Origin: Octopus bimaculoides
Taxonomy: Eukaryota
Length of the DNA: 64,000 nt
Direction of reading: 5' to 3'
Assembly: GCF_001194135.2 (NCBI RefSeq)
Contig: NC_068992.1
Coordinates: forward strand, 25,146,085-25,210,084
Below are positions 25,757-38,014 of the stretch, piece after piece; position 1 is the first letter of the stretch; every line of letters begins with the position of its first letter. The notes under the pieces were generated by a model. That model was not told where the DNA came from. It ran no database searches and worked only from the letters and a program-made list of their open reading frames with translations. A program made the position numbers and the translations under genes.

Positions 25757-25990
25757 ATAATAGGGATAACCACTAAGTAGACATCCATTATGCTAGAAGT
25801 AGATCACCTACGATCTGACCACTAAAGATTTTTCTCAAGAAAATTCAGCAAGCACCATAACGTAAGGGAGCAACACAAATGAAAATATACAAAATATAAA
25901 GAATTAATCGTTGACCGGTTTCGCTATCAACAAAATTACTTACGTAATAGTCCGTAGCTCATCAATACGATCAGTGGTTATCCCTATTAT
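25757..25990 (-). mobile_element. Short Penelope-like element with 18-bp inverted termini and decayed hammerhead
   Basis: ataatagggataaccact 25757-25774 / agtggttatccctattat 25973-25990; minus strand atcgta TTGATGA gcta..tagc GAAA ccggtc aacgat. Confidence 0.65.
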
Positions 25991-26102
25991 TTGCATGTAA
26001 TATAGTTTTTCTGAGTCTTCAATTTTTTTCAATATGCTAGGCCATTGGTTTTAAATTGATATTAATCAAATTAGCATTCAGTTTGTTATCCTTATTATTT
26101 AA

Positions 26103-26133
<31 letters not shown>

Positions 26134-26693
26134 NNNNNNNNNNNNNNNNNNNNNNNNNNNNNNNNNNNNNNNNNNNNNNNNNNNNNNNNNNNNNNNNNNN
26201 NNNNNNNNNNNNNNNNNNNNNNNNNNNNNNNNNNNNNNNNNNNNNNNNNNNNNNNNNNNNNNNNNNNNNNNNNNNNNNNNNNNNNNNNNNNNNNNNNNNN
26301 NNNNNNNNNNNNNNNNNNNNNNNNNNNNNNNNNNNNNNNNNNNNNNNNNNNNNNNNNNNNNNNNNNNNNNNNNNNNNNNNNNNNNNNNNNNNNNNNNNNN
26401 NNNNNNNNNNNNNNNNNNNNNNNNNNNNNNNNNNNNNNNNNNNNNNNNNNNNNNNNNNNNNNNNNNNNNNNNNNNNNNNNNNNNNNNNNNNNNNNNNNNN
26501 NNNNNNNNNNNNNNNNNNNNNNNNNNNNNNNNNNNNNNNNNNNNNNNNNNNNNNNNNNNNNNNNNNNNNNNNNNNNNNNNNNNNNNNNNNNNNNNNNNNN
26601 NNNNNNNNNNNNNNNNNNNNNNNNNNNNNNNNNNNNNNNNNNNNNNNNNNNNNNNNNNNNNNNNNNNNNNNNNNNNNNNNNNNNNNNNNNNNN

Positions 26694-26737
<44 letters not shown>

Positions 26738-26738
26738 A

Positions 26739-27090
26739 TACGGAATGGGACAAGAACGCAAAACATTAAGACACTTAGGTGATACAAGAAAGGGACAGAA
26801 CATTCAGATAGACGATACAAAGAAAACACGGACAGGTCATTCGGAGTTTTCTCTCTTCAGTCGAGATCCAGATTATCTTTGCAATTTCGGCTGGTTATTC
26901 TCGATATTGCTCCAATCTGGCCATCACCAAGGAAAAAACTAAGCTACGAGCATTAGATTCCTTGGAAGAAAGAAGTGAATGTATACAAAAACAAGGACGG
27001 AAAAAAACGAACAATGTTACACAAATACTGTAGTACGAATACAGTAAGAATAATAACAGGACAAACTAACAGATGTCTTTCGACTAAGGA
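26739..27090 (+). mobile_element. Non-coding dispersed repeat family E, flanked by TA/TACA runs
   Basis: Matches 37771-38014 and the reverse complement of 49194-49482 (gacaagaacgcaaaacat...cagtcgag..ccagattatct..gcaatttcgg). Confidence 0.85.
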
Positions 27091-27240
27091 TGTATACATA
27101 CATACATACATACATACATACNNNNNNNNNNNNNNNNNNNNNNNNNNNNNNNNNNNNNNNNNNNNNNNNNNNNNNNNNNNNNNNNNNNNNNNNNNNNNNN
27201 NNNNNNNNNNNNNNNNNNNNNNNNNNNNNNNTATATATAT

Positions 27241-27628
27241 AACTTTCCAAGTCATCTCAACTCTTCTAAAAGCAAACTTCGTTTGTTTGTTTACGTTTAT
27301 CGTAATTTGAATTTAACACTTGATATCGTCTCATAAAGCGAGATTTCTATACATCTTAAATTTGCAGAAAAACTTGTTTTGGGTAGTTTAGCTTAATCGG
27401 TCTAAGAGCACCGCGACGCGAATTCACGGCGGTATGTGTTCGAGTCTCATAGTTAGCCACCTACATTTTTCTCTGCAAAATAGGGGTAGTTTATCCTGTT
27501 CAGGCTATAGTGTTAGCATTATCCTGTGTTTGAGAATTTAAAATCACTTCTTTAACTTTCCAAGACATCTCAACGCTACTAAAAGCAAACTTCGTTTGTT
27601 TGTTTACGTTTACTGTAATTTGAATTTA
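27241..27628 (+). mobile_element. 388-bp element with 75-bp terminal direct repeats enclosing a tRNA-like sequence
   Basis: 27241-27315 matches 27554-27628; box A TAGCTTAATCGG and box B GTTCGAGTC within 27382-27459; TA runs both sides; second partial copy at 51520-51698. Confidence 0.75.
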
Positions 27629-27639
27629 TATATATATAT

Positions 27640-27751
27640 GTAACAGAGTTGTAAGCGAACGTGAATTGTTGGCGAATTTCCCTTCTTTGTCTTTGGACAC
27701 TACTCTTTTCGACAAAGAGCTGCTCGAAATGTTAGCAACCTCCTCAGATTA
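27640..27751 (+). mobile_element. Short TA-flanked element with degenerate hammerhead-like motif
   Basis: tcgacaa agagc t gctc gaaa tgtt resembles the 51244-51270 motif; core mutated. Confidence 0.4.
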
Positions 27752-28430
27752 ATATATATCTTATGCATGTCCTGGCGTTCGTTTTTATTTTTTCTCTGTG
27801 TTTTTTTTATTGTTTGTTCTTTGACTTTATTATACATATATGCTTAAGTAATAGAGATTGCCTTCCGCTGGCGATAACTATGTTGTGCTTTTATGCATCA
27901 TATAATCATATGAGACTTTTCTCGAGTGGCGAATATTTCACCCTTGGTTATCAGTACTGCCTCTGTCGCTATATATATGAGATGATGCTGATTGCCCCAT
28001 CTTCTCAAGTGACTGCTTGATTATTCTGATTTAGTTTCATCCTTGCATGTGCGTTGATATGACTTTACAGGTCGCCACGTATCCTTTACAAAAGTACATA
28101 AAAAGAACAAAAATAAAGCGGATTAGATCAAGAGATGAAATGGTAGTAAGACATCTATACTTCATTAGATTTAAGTGCCAAAAGCTTGTACAACACTTTT
28201 GTCAACTCTAAATCGCAATGCAAGAAGATTGTTACAATTTTTACTACAAGATTTATGCAAAAGTAGCCTTCTCCTAGAAAAGATACATCTCCAATGGCTT
28301 TGTCAAAAATAACGGTAGCCTCTTCTAACCGTGGGAAATCTTTTTAACCTATAGAACGGGAACTTCACACATACATATATAACCATCAATTTTATTAGAG
28401 TTGATGTTGTCAACCACCGTGAATCGTTCT

Positions 28431-28642
28431 GAATGGCGAAGTCATAGGATAGCGAAGTCATAGGATGGCGAAGTCATTGGATGGGGAAGTTATAGGATGG
28501 CGAAGTCATAGGATGGCCATAGGATGGCGAAGTCATAGGATGGCCATAGGATGGCGAAGTCATAGGATGGCCATAGAATGATGAAGTCATAGGAACTAAA
28601 AGGCTATTCGGCCTGTTAGTTCCTATGACTTCGCCATTCTAT
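28431..28642. repeat. 16-bp minisatellite ATGGCGAAGTCATAGG terminated by an inverted copy (foldback)
   Basis: 8 units plus three 11-bp truncated units; hairpin 28573-28642. Confidence 0.9.
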
Positions 28643-28664
28643 ATGTAGGTATACACACGCATAT

Positions 28665-28695
<31 letters not shown>

Positions 28696-29318
28696 TATAT
28701 TTTTGTGTACGTATATCTTATATGTGTGTTAATATTGAGTCAACATCACTGATATAACTATTATATAAGTTTATGAAACAATTGTTAAATATGGGAAATA
28801 CACTTACTCCCTCGCATCACTTCACTTATCTGTTCTATTTATAAAAACACGCACACATACATGAATACATACATACATACATACATACACGCATGCATGC
28901 ATGCATGCACACATACAAACATACATACATACATACATACATACATACATACATACATTATACATACATAATAAGCTTTTATCAGTTAAATTCAAATGAC
29001 GTGTAGACGCCTCGCCGGCAGATAATATCTTGATCTAATCCGTTTTGTTTTTGTTGTTTAAATGTAATTTGGCGATGGATGCGTGACGACCTGTAAAGTC
29101 GTATCCGTGCAGATGCAAGGATAATGATACATAGAAGTTGATTCGAAGACTACATGTCCAATCCATCACTGGAACTGTAAATATCTGTAAAACGTTGCAG
29201 AGTTTTATCATTTAAGTATATATTAGAATGTCTAGTTATATAATTATATGCATGAGAATAAATACATACAACAAAACATGCCAATCTTCACATGAACATA
29301 CATACATACATACATACA

Positions 29319-29685
29319 TTGTTGGCACTCCGTCGCTTACGACGTCGAGGGTTCCAGTTGATCCAATCAACGGAACAGCCTGCTCGTGAAATTAACGTGC
29401 AAGTGGCTGAGCACTCCACAGACACGTGTACCCTTAACGTAGTTCTCGGGGATATTCAGCGTGACACAGAGTGACAAGGCTCACCCTTTGAATTACATGC
29501 ACAACAGAAACAGGAAGTAAGAGTGAGAGAAAGTTGTGGTGAAAGAGTACAGCAGGGTTCGCCCCCCCCCCCTGCCGGAGCTTTAGGTGTTNNNNNNNNN
29601 NCTCGCAACACCCGGTCTGGGAATTGAAACCGTGATCCTATGATCGTGAGTCCACTGCCCTAACCACTGGGCCATTGCGCCTCCA
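29319..29685 (-). mobile_element. SINE family C, near full length
   Basis: gttggcactccgtcgcttacgacgtcgagggttccag...ccctaaccactgggccattgcgcctcc. Confidence 0.9.
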
Positions 29686-29870
29686 CACACACATACATAC
29701 ATACATACATACATACATACATACATACATACATACATACATAAAATACATACAAAAATACCAGTTGATGTTGTTGAAATTCCAATGAAGGAGCTTCGGA
29801 TCTAGTTTAGAAATTGGCTCTTTCTCTTTTAGCAAGAAACCTTGAAATAAATCTGAATAATGATATACGA

Positions 29871-30192
29871 GAAGGCACGTGGCTTAGTGGTTAGGGTATT
29901 CGGCTCATGATTACAAGGTCGTAAGTTCAATTCCCAGAGACTCGTTGTGTCCTTGAGCAAGACACTTTATTTCACGTTGTTCATTGCTTTTAGCTAGCAA
30001 AAATGAATTGTACCTGTATTTCTAAAATCCAGCCTCGTCACACTCTGTGTCACGCTGAATCTCACTGAGAACTACGTTAAGGGTACAGTGTCTGTGGAGT
30101 ACTCAGCCATATGAACGTTAATTTCATGAGTAGGTTGTTCCGTTGGTCAGATCAACTGGAACATTCGTCGTCGTAGCCGAAGGTGTGCCAAT
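29871..30192 (+). mobile_element. tRNA-headed SINE family D (CORE/V-like box, tail shared with family C)
   Basis: gtggcttagtggttaggg...agttcaattccc; gttgtgtccttgagcaagacacttt; ...gagaactacgttaagggtac...gatcaactggaac. Confidence 0.85.
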
Positions 30193-30754
30193 GACATACA
30201 GACAGACAGACATACATACTTACATATGTCCGAGAGACCAATAAAATTAGTGCCAGATATTCAAAGAAAAACAAGTACCAGCATCGATTCGTTCGATTAA
30301 ACTATTCAATGCGGTGCCCCAACATTGTCGTATCCCAGTGACTGTAACCAGTGAAAGGTAAAAGATACGTGAGTTTGTATTCATTGTATTTTGCCTCGCT
30401 GTAAAATTAGAACACGGGTTTAAACCAAAAGATCGTTTACTTCCAGCTTCGAATGTGATGCAAATCGACTATTTTTAGCTTCTGTAAAGTTGAGCAATAT
30501 TTATTTACTTCTTCCTTCCAAGCTGTCGGAAAGCTAATTATTAAAACACGAAGAAAAACAGTGAATGTGAAAAGTTGTTTAAATAATTATATGAAGTTAT
30601 TTGCCTCGAGATTAATTAGATGAGTACAAATATATCATAGGTTATGAATGCATATGCATTTAGTCTTCTTGTGAAACTTTCTCCATACTTGTCTGGTGTT
30701 TAATTCTTTACTTCAGATTAATTCTTTAAATTATAGCTACAATGCCTGAAATTT

Positions 30755-31165
30755 TGAGTGAAAGAGTAGTCAATTACATCGACGCAGTACTTAACTGGTA
30801 CCTATTTTATCGACTCCGAAACCAAGAAAGGGAAATTCGATCTCAGTGAAATTTGAACTTAGAATATAAACCATGAATTAGTGCCGCTGGGCTTTTGTGT
30901 CTTGCATGATAATGAAACTCTCAGCTTATAATCTTAATAATAATCACTTCTGTTAAACGTGAGAGGTTTGATATTTTGGGGGTGGGGTGGGAACTAGTCG
31001 ATTACATCGACCTCAGTATGCAGCTGGTACTTAGTTCAACGAACTTGATAGATTGAAAGGCAACGTCGACCTTAGCGGAATTTGAACACAGAAAGCAAAA
31101 CCAGAAGGATTTCGTTGCTAAGCATTTCGTCCGGTGAGCTAACGAGTTTGCTAGCTTCCCGCCTT
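30755..31165 (-). mobile_element. Two diverged tandem SINE family A copies
   Basis: ctggtacctattttatcgactccgaa and ctggtacttag...gtcgaccttagcggaatttgaac cores. Confidence 0.75.
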
Positions 31166-31689
31166 TCTACTTCAGATTAATTACAATCACATCGAAAAAT
31201 GGCAGAATTCGAAAACAGAAAGTAAATGGATATAACTACATTTCATAATTAACACGTTACAGGTTGTAGTTAAATTAACTCCTGATTTTGTAAGAAGAGA
31301 ACAGAACGAAGATATCATATATAATTAACAAGAAATGAAGATCTATTTTCTGATCAAAAACCAATTGAATTCGATTCCAAGCTGTAAACGTGAAACGGTC
31401 GTTTCAATGACAATCGGAATTATAAAGGTTAAATGTATAAATGCGGTAGTTTGACACTCTAATACTCTTTTCACAAATGAAACCTTATATGTTTGCTGCT
31501 GTTGCTGCTGTTTAAGCAATTATTGATGGCAGTGTTAGTTTTATTGTTAAATAAAAAAGAGAAGTGGAAAAAACAAAACCAACCAATATAATCATGCATT
31601 AACTTTAATTAAAACTATAACAATCATATTTTAGAATTAATTTTCGTTGCTGCCACAAGTACAAGCACTGCTATTCCTGTCATATCATG

Positions 31690-32078
31690 CTATGTTAATG
31701 AATACTGGCTTCAAGATTTCGCACACAGGACCGGAAATTTCGAGTAAGAGAATAAGTCGATTAGATGCACCCCCAATGCTCAACTGGTACTTATTTTATC
31801 GATTCCCCAAGAGAATGAAAAGCAAAAGTGACTGTGGCAGTATTTGAACTTGAATAATATAAAGCCGGTTGAAGGTGGTGATCCAGCAGAAACGTTAGCA
31901 CGACATCCGAAACGCTTAGCCGTATTTCGTCTGTCTTTACGTTCTGAGTTCAAATTCCACCGCGGTCCACTTTGCATTCCATCCTTTCGGGGCCGATAAA
32001 TTAAGTACCAGCTGCGTTCTGGGGTTGATCTAATCGACTGGCCCCCTCTCCCAAAATTTTGGGCCTAGAGTAGAAAAG
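31690..32078. mobile_element. Divergent pair of SINE family A copies (minus 31690-31855, plus 31872-32078)
   Basis: Core in both orientations. Confidence 0.8.
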
Positions 32079-32544
32079 AGTAGAAGAGCAGGTAGAGATG
32101 CAGTTAAGTATTATTTAATCCGGCCTGATAATGTTCGTGTCAGTTTGCTACCTTTTGTGTGCGTTAAGGGAGTATCTATTCTAGCGCGTGTAAGTGCAAG
32201 TGTCAAATACTCTCCTGTACACAATAGGGTGATGAGTGATGACAATTATTATGAGTAGATTGTTATTTAGATAACAATGCTAAATACACCCCTCTCACCT
32301 CGTATTCTGTGTCCACCTACGATTTACGGAGCTGATAACATTAGCGCCAGGGAAAAGGGATGTCTAATTTAATTCACTTATTTCTACCTAACAAATTATT
32401 TTCGACTTTGTTGAGAATCATACATACATACGTACATACATATAAGCATACAAACATACATACTTACATATATCTACGTATATATTCATATGTATATATA
32501 TATGTGTATGTGTATGTGCGTACGTGTATGTACGTGCGCAGGTT

Positions 32545-32727
32545 TTTATTTGTCCCTGCCATCTGTTGATAGCTGGTGTCGGTTTGTTTATATCCCTGTA
32601 ACATAGCAGTTCGGCATAAGTAACCGATAGAATAAGTATCAGGTTTAAAACATAAGTACTGCAGTCTATTAAAAATTCTTCAAGTCGATGACCCTAGCAT
32701 GGCTGCAATCTAATGACTGAAACAAAC
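32545..32727 (+). mobile_element. SINE family B 3' half, diverged
   Basis: gttcggc...accgatagaataagta...gcatggctgcaatctaatgactgaaac. Confidence 0.75.
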
Positions 32728-33349
32728 ATATCTTATATATATATATATATATATATATNNNNNNNNNNNNNNNNNNNNNNNNNNNNNNNNNNNNNNNNNN
32801 NNNNNNNNNNNNNNNNNNNNNNNNNNNNNNNNNNNNNNNNNNNNNNNNNNNNNNNNNNNNNNNNNNNNNNNNNNNNNNNNNNNNNNNNNNNNNNNNNNNN
32901 NNNNNNNNNNNNNNNNNNNNNNNNNNNNNNNNNNNNNNNNNNNNNNNNNNNNNNNNNNNNNNNNNNNNNNNNNNNNNNNNNNNNNNNNNNNNNNNNNNNN
33001 NNNNNNNNNNNNNNNNNNNNNNNNNNNNNNNNNNNNNNNNNNNNNNNNNNNNNNNNNNNNNNNNNNNNNNNNNNNNNNNNNNNNNNNNNNNNNNNNNNNN
33101 NNNNNNNNNNNNNNNNNNNNNNNNNNNNNNNNNNNNNNNNNNNNNNNNNNNNNNNNNNNNNNNNNNNNNNNNNNNNNNNNNNNNNNNNNNNNNNNNNNNN
33201 NNNNNNNNNNNNNNNNNNNNNNNNNNNNNNNNNNNNNNNNNNNNNNNNNNNNNNNNNNNNNNNNNNNNNNNNNNNNNNNNNNNNNNNNNNNNNNNNNNNN
33301 NNNNNNNNNNNNNNNNNNNNNNNNNNNNNNNNNNNNNNNNNNNNNNNNN

Positions 33350-33386
<37 letters not shown>

Positions 33387-33844
33387 TATACACACACATA
33401 TTACATCCACACACAAATTCACACATACGCACACACACACACATGCATATGTTTATATTAGGTGGGAAAGAACGTCTTTTGCCTTGTTGACATGATCTCG
33501 CTGTGAGTAATTATTCAATAATTACCGTAAAAGAATCATTGATTTTTACAGGATGTCTCTATTTCTTAGTAGATTGCTATATGCCGTGATGTTTACATTC
33601 CTATCGATTTTACCTAGTTAAAATAATTTATAATAGACCTATATCAGATATTGCCTGCTGTATAAATTCAAAAGGGATTCTCCAGTAATAAATACGGCAT
33701 GAAATATTCGTTCCGTCTTTGGAAACGAAGCTTCTTTGGCCTTTATTTCTTCTTAAGTCATATACGTAATCAAGATAATATTTCCCCGCACTATTGATAA
33801 CATAATCCAGTGCATTGATGAAACTACAACGAAACTCTTCCCGA

Positions 33845-34720
33845 TTGATCACGTGTTCTCCAGCTGCTGTATCCGACCTGCTCGTGATATAGTCTAACCA
33901 TTGCGTTTTTTGATCGCATCTAGATCTACTACCCTCTACTCTTCCATAGGCGATAATGTTTACCAGATATTTGCTTCTTCAAATATGGCCATAATATACG
34001 ATCTTTTTCATTTTTCACATATTCAGGAGTTGTTGTTTTTCACCTATTGTTTTAACGCCCATTCATTTGTCCACTGTTCCTTGTAAGACACTCGTAACAT
34101 TCTCGTATATCCCTAAATTTCAATCACATCATTTTCTCTTCAAATTTGATCGGCCTCCGTACTTTGGAACTATAAATGCCTCTCAACCAAAGTAACGCTC
34201 GCATCAGCCTTATTTTTATCCCAGGACACCTTTTCTGCTACGATTGTTATTAAGCTTTTCTATGAATTTCTAAACATAGTTAAACCGTGTCCTAATTTCT
34301 TAAATGTGGCTTCATCAGAGATTTGGACTTCAGGATACATGTACAAGTCATCCTGTTTTAGCCTCTCACTGCCCAATTTTACTTGCCCTTTTCCAATATT
34401 AGGAAGGCTTGTTTTGGTAGAGCCTCATTTGTCACAGACCACACGCTGGTGTTGAGCTTCCCATTTGGCTTTTGACCACTTTTACAAACATTTGTCAAGA
34501 TCCAGCATCGCCCAGCTACTCTTGTTTCTAATTTTCTTCACAATATGGTGCATAGTTTTGAAACGTAATCACTGGAGGAGATTTTATCAGATTTCTAACA
34601 ATAACTTCTTTCATAGATAAAAGTACCGAACATCATTATTTCCCAGTGAAAATTAGTATTATTCGGTTAGCATACCTTATTCTCGCTACCCGAAGGCAAT
34701 GCCGTCGTTAATACTTGCTG
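33845..34720 (-). mobile_element. Heavily decayed RTE-clade LINE, RT C-terminal part
   Basis: Minus-strand remnants IRYANRIILI (degenerate YADD, ~34655-34680), IKIRLMRALLW, RMLRVSYKEQWTNEW, GRVEGSRSR...QWLD. Confidence 0.75.
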
Positions 34721-35099
34721 GTCACGCTGTTTTTCACGATTTTACTAGCTCTACTCTGGTATTTCTTTCAATCCACGATTCACTCTATACGCTTTATTTT
34801 CTTCGCGAATTTCTGGCCTCCCTTCTAGTGTTTCTTGCTGACAGCAATTTGCTTCTCGTAATCTATTTTCTTCAAGTCTTTGTTTTCTTTATTCCGAGTT
34901 ATCTAACTAGCGGCGTTTAGGCAGCATCTTGATTAAAAGTTTGTTTTTATCAAATTATCATTTCACTAACCGCCATGTTGATGAGAAGTCTAAAAAGTAC
35001 ACAGAATAATTGTCACAGTGGAATCAGTTGATTTTCGAATATATTTAGCTACGAAATTTACATTTCATGATTACTTGACACGTGTGATAATTAAATAGC

Positions 35100-35220
35100 G
35101 CCTACTAGCGTGTGTGTGTCTGTGTATTTGTGTGCGAGTGAGTGGGTGTGTGCGTCTGTGTGCGCACTTGTGTTCGAGTGTGTATGGATGCACACGCACA
35201 CACAAAGACATACACACACG

Positions 35221-35276
<56 letters not shown>

Positions 35277-35326
35277 CATACGTATATATATATATGTTTA
35301 TATACACAAAATCTATGTATTATACA

Positions 35327-35361
<35 letters not shown>

Positions 35362-35571
35362 GTGTGCGTGTGTGTGTATACAGAGATAGATTGATTGAAA
35401 TACATTCAAAAATACACATTCATATGTTTTTGTGTTAATTCCCTGTGTGTATGCGCGTCTATATCTATTTGTATAAACCACTTAAATCTACAGAGTTTAC
35501 TGACAACACCTTTGAAGTGTTTATATGTATATAAACAAACAATAATAAACATGACTCACCACTGAGCAACA

Positions 35572-35623
<52 letters not shown>

Positions 35624-36105
35624 CATGCGTACATTCATATATACATATACATGTATATACACACACACACACAGATACACACAAACACAGATGCACACAC
35701 ACACACATATGTCTAGTCTGAAGATTAATACAAACAATTACGAAATTAAACAATCCAGTGTTGATCATACATTTTCCTACGTGAATTACCGTAGAATGTT
35801 TGCTGTTTTTAGTTGTGAGTGAGCCATCAGACTGCGGCCATGCTGGGGCACCGCCTTGAGGAATTTTTGGTCGAATAAATCAACCTCAGTACTTGTCTTA
35901 TTTTGTTTTATTCTATTCGACACATTTTTCCAAAACTTTATGTGATAGGGAAGCAAACAACATATCCCCCCCACCGGTTTTCAAACTGTTGTGGGGGAAT
36001 AATACAGATGCAAACACTCTCATATAGACACATGCGTGCACACGCACTCACACACACAATACATATATATATACAAATATATATGTGTGTGTGTGCATGT
36101 GTATG

Positions 36106-36147
<42 letters not shown>

Positions 36148-36175
36148 TGCATGCATGTATACATACATATATACA

Positions 36176-36210
<35 letters not shown>
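35100..36210. repeat. Compound TA/CA/TATC microsatellite mosaic with SINE B tail fragments
   Basis: Direct reading; gactgcggccatgctggggcaccgcc near 35830. Confidence 0.9.
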
Positions 36211-36218
<8 letters not shown>

Positions 36219-36902
36219 TTCTTTGTGTCTGTTCCTCAGGACTGCTTGACCGTTGGTTTGCTTTTAAATTCCCGTAATTTATTGGTTCGGTATAAATGAC
36301 CAATTGAATATGTACCAAACTTTAACATGAAGTATTATGATCAACTTGGCCGTCTAAATCTTTTAAGAAGGTGCCCCAGCATGACTGCAGACTATTAATT
36401 GAAACAAGTAAAGGATAAAAGATAAAAGAAAATATCATTTATTCTGAGGATGTTAGTTTAAAAGAAATGTTTGATGCTGTTTTGACTTTTGGCACCCAAT
36501 CAAATTTCAATGATGTTGCCATGGTAACATTGCCAGACAGAACTACGTTTTTATATTGGACATATAGAACATAGTTTCACAATGTAAGGTACATAGACGG
36601 CTTTTACTCCTTGACTAACACGAGGACCTGAAGCACTACTTCACTGTCACAATATATTTGGAGCATTAAAAACAGAGTGATCGTGAATTTTAAAATCAAC
36701 AGGTCGATATCCGCAATTGGTTAAACTATATCTAAGCTATTATAATTATGCAAATTATGCATTATATCCAGTTTTACTGCCGAATGGTTCCAATTAGTCA
36801 ACCAAATTCTTCACATTACAAGAAATTTGTGCTTCAATACTTTTATCTTAACTATATTTGGGTCTTAAAATTTCTTAAATTTAAAATCTGCGGAAGACCA
36901 GG

Positions 36903-36936
<34 letters not shown>

Positions 36937-37770
36937 NNNNNNNNNNNNNNNNNNNNNNNNNNNNNNNNNNNNNNNNNNNNNNNNNNNNNNNNNNNNNNNN
37001 NNNNNNNNNNNNNNNNNNNNNNNNNNNNNNNNNNNNNNNNNNNNNNNNNNNNNNNNNNNNNNNNNNNNNNNNNNNNNNNNNNNNNNNNNNNNNNNNNNNN
37101 NNNNNNNNNNNNNNNNNNNNNNNNNNNNNNNNNNNNNNNNNNNNNNNNNNNNNNNNNNNNNNNNNNNNNNNNNNNNNNNNNNNNNNNNNNNNNNNNNNNN
37201 NNNNNNNNNNNNNNNNNNNNNNNNNNNNNNNNNNNNNNNNNNNNNNNNNNNNNNNNNNNNNNNNNNNNNNNNNNNNNNNNNNNNNNNNNNNNNNNNNNNN
37301 NNNNNNNNNNNNNNNNNNNNNNNNNNNNNNNNNNNNNNNNNNNNNNNNNNNNNNNNNNNNNNNNNNNNNNNNNNNNNNNNNNNNNNNNNNNNNNNNNNNN
37401 NNNNNNNNNNNNNNNNNNNNNNNNNNNNNNNNNNNNNNNNNNNNNNNNNNNNNNNNNNNNNNNNNNNNNNNNNNNNNNNNNNNNNNNNNNNNNNNNNNNN
37501 NNNNNNNNNNNNNNNNNNNNNNNNNNNNNNNNNNNNNNNNNNNNNNNNNNNNNNNNNNNNNNNNNNNNNNNNNNNNNNNNNNNNNATTAATACATTGATA
37601 ATCCTTTACCCTTTTAATTTGTAATAATATATATATACACATATATGTAGAAAGAGAGAGAGAGAGTAAGAGAGAGAGAGTAAGAGAGAGAGTAAGAGAG
37701 AGAGTAAGAGAGAGAGAGAGCAAAGTGTACGCACGTGCTATATTTTTTATATATAAAATAATAAAAAATG

Positions 37771-38014
37771 TGACAAGAACGCAAAACATCCAGATTGACG
37801 ATACAGTCGAGTTCCAGATTATCTTTGCAATTTCGGTTGGTTATTCTCGATATTGCTCCAATCGGGCCAGCCCCAAGGAAAAACTAAGCCAAGAGCACCA
37901 GATTTCTTGGAAGAAAGCATGAAATGCATACGAAAACAAGGACGAAAAAAAAAACGGAGAATGTTACACAAATACAATAACAATAATAAAACAGGACATA
38001 ACAACAGATGTCTT
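37771..38014 (+). mobile_element. Family E copy, internally deleted
   Basis: Co-linear with 26750-27078. Confidence 0.85.

Noticed and set aside
26825-26870. Family E minus-strand CTGAAGA-gagaaaactc-cGAAT hammerhead look-alike
   Set aside because: It has GAAU instead of GAAA, an extra base after stem II, and no stem I pairing.
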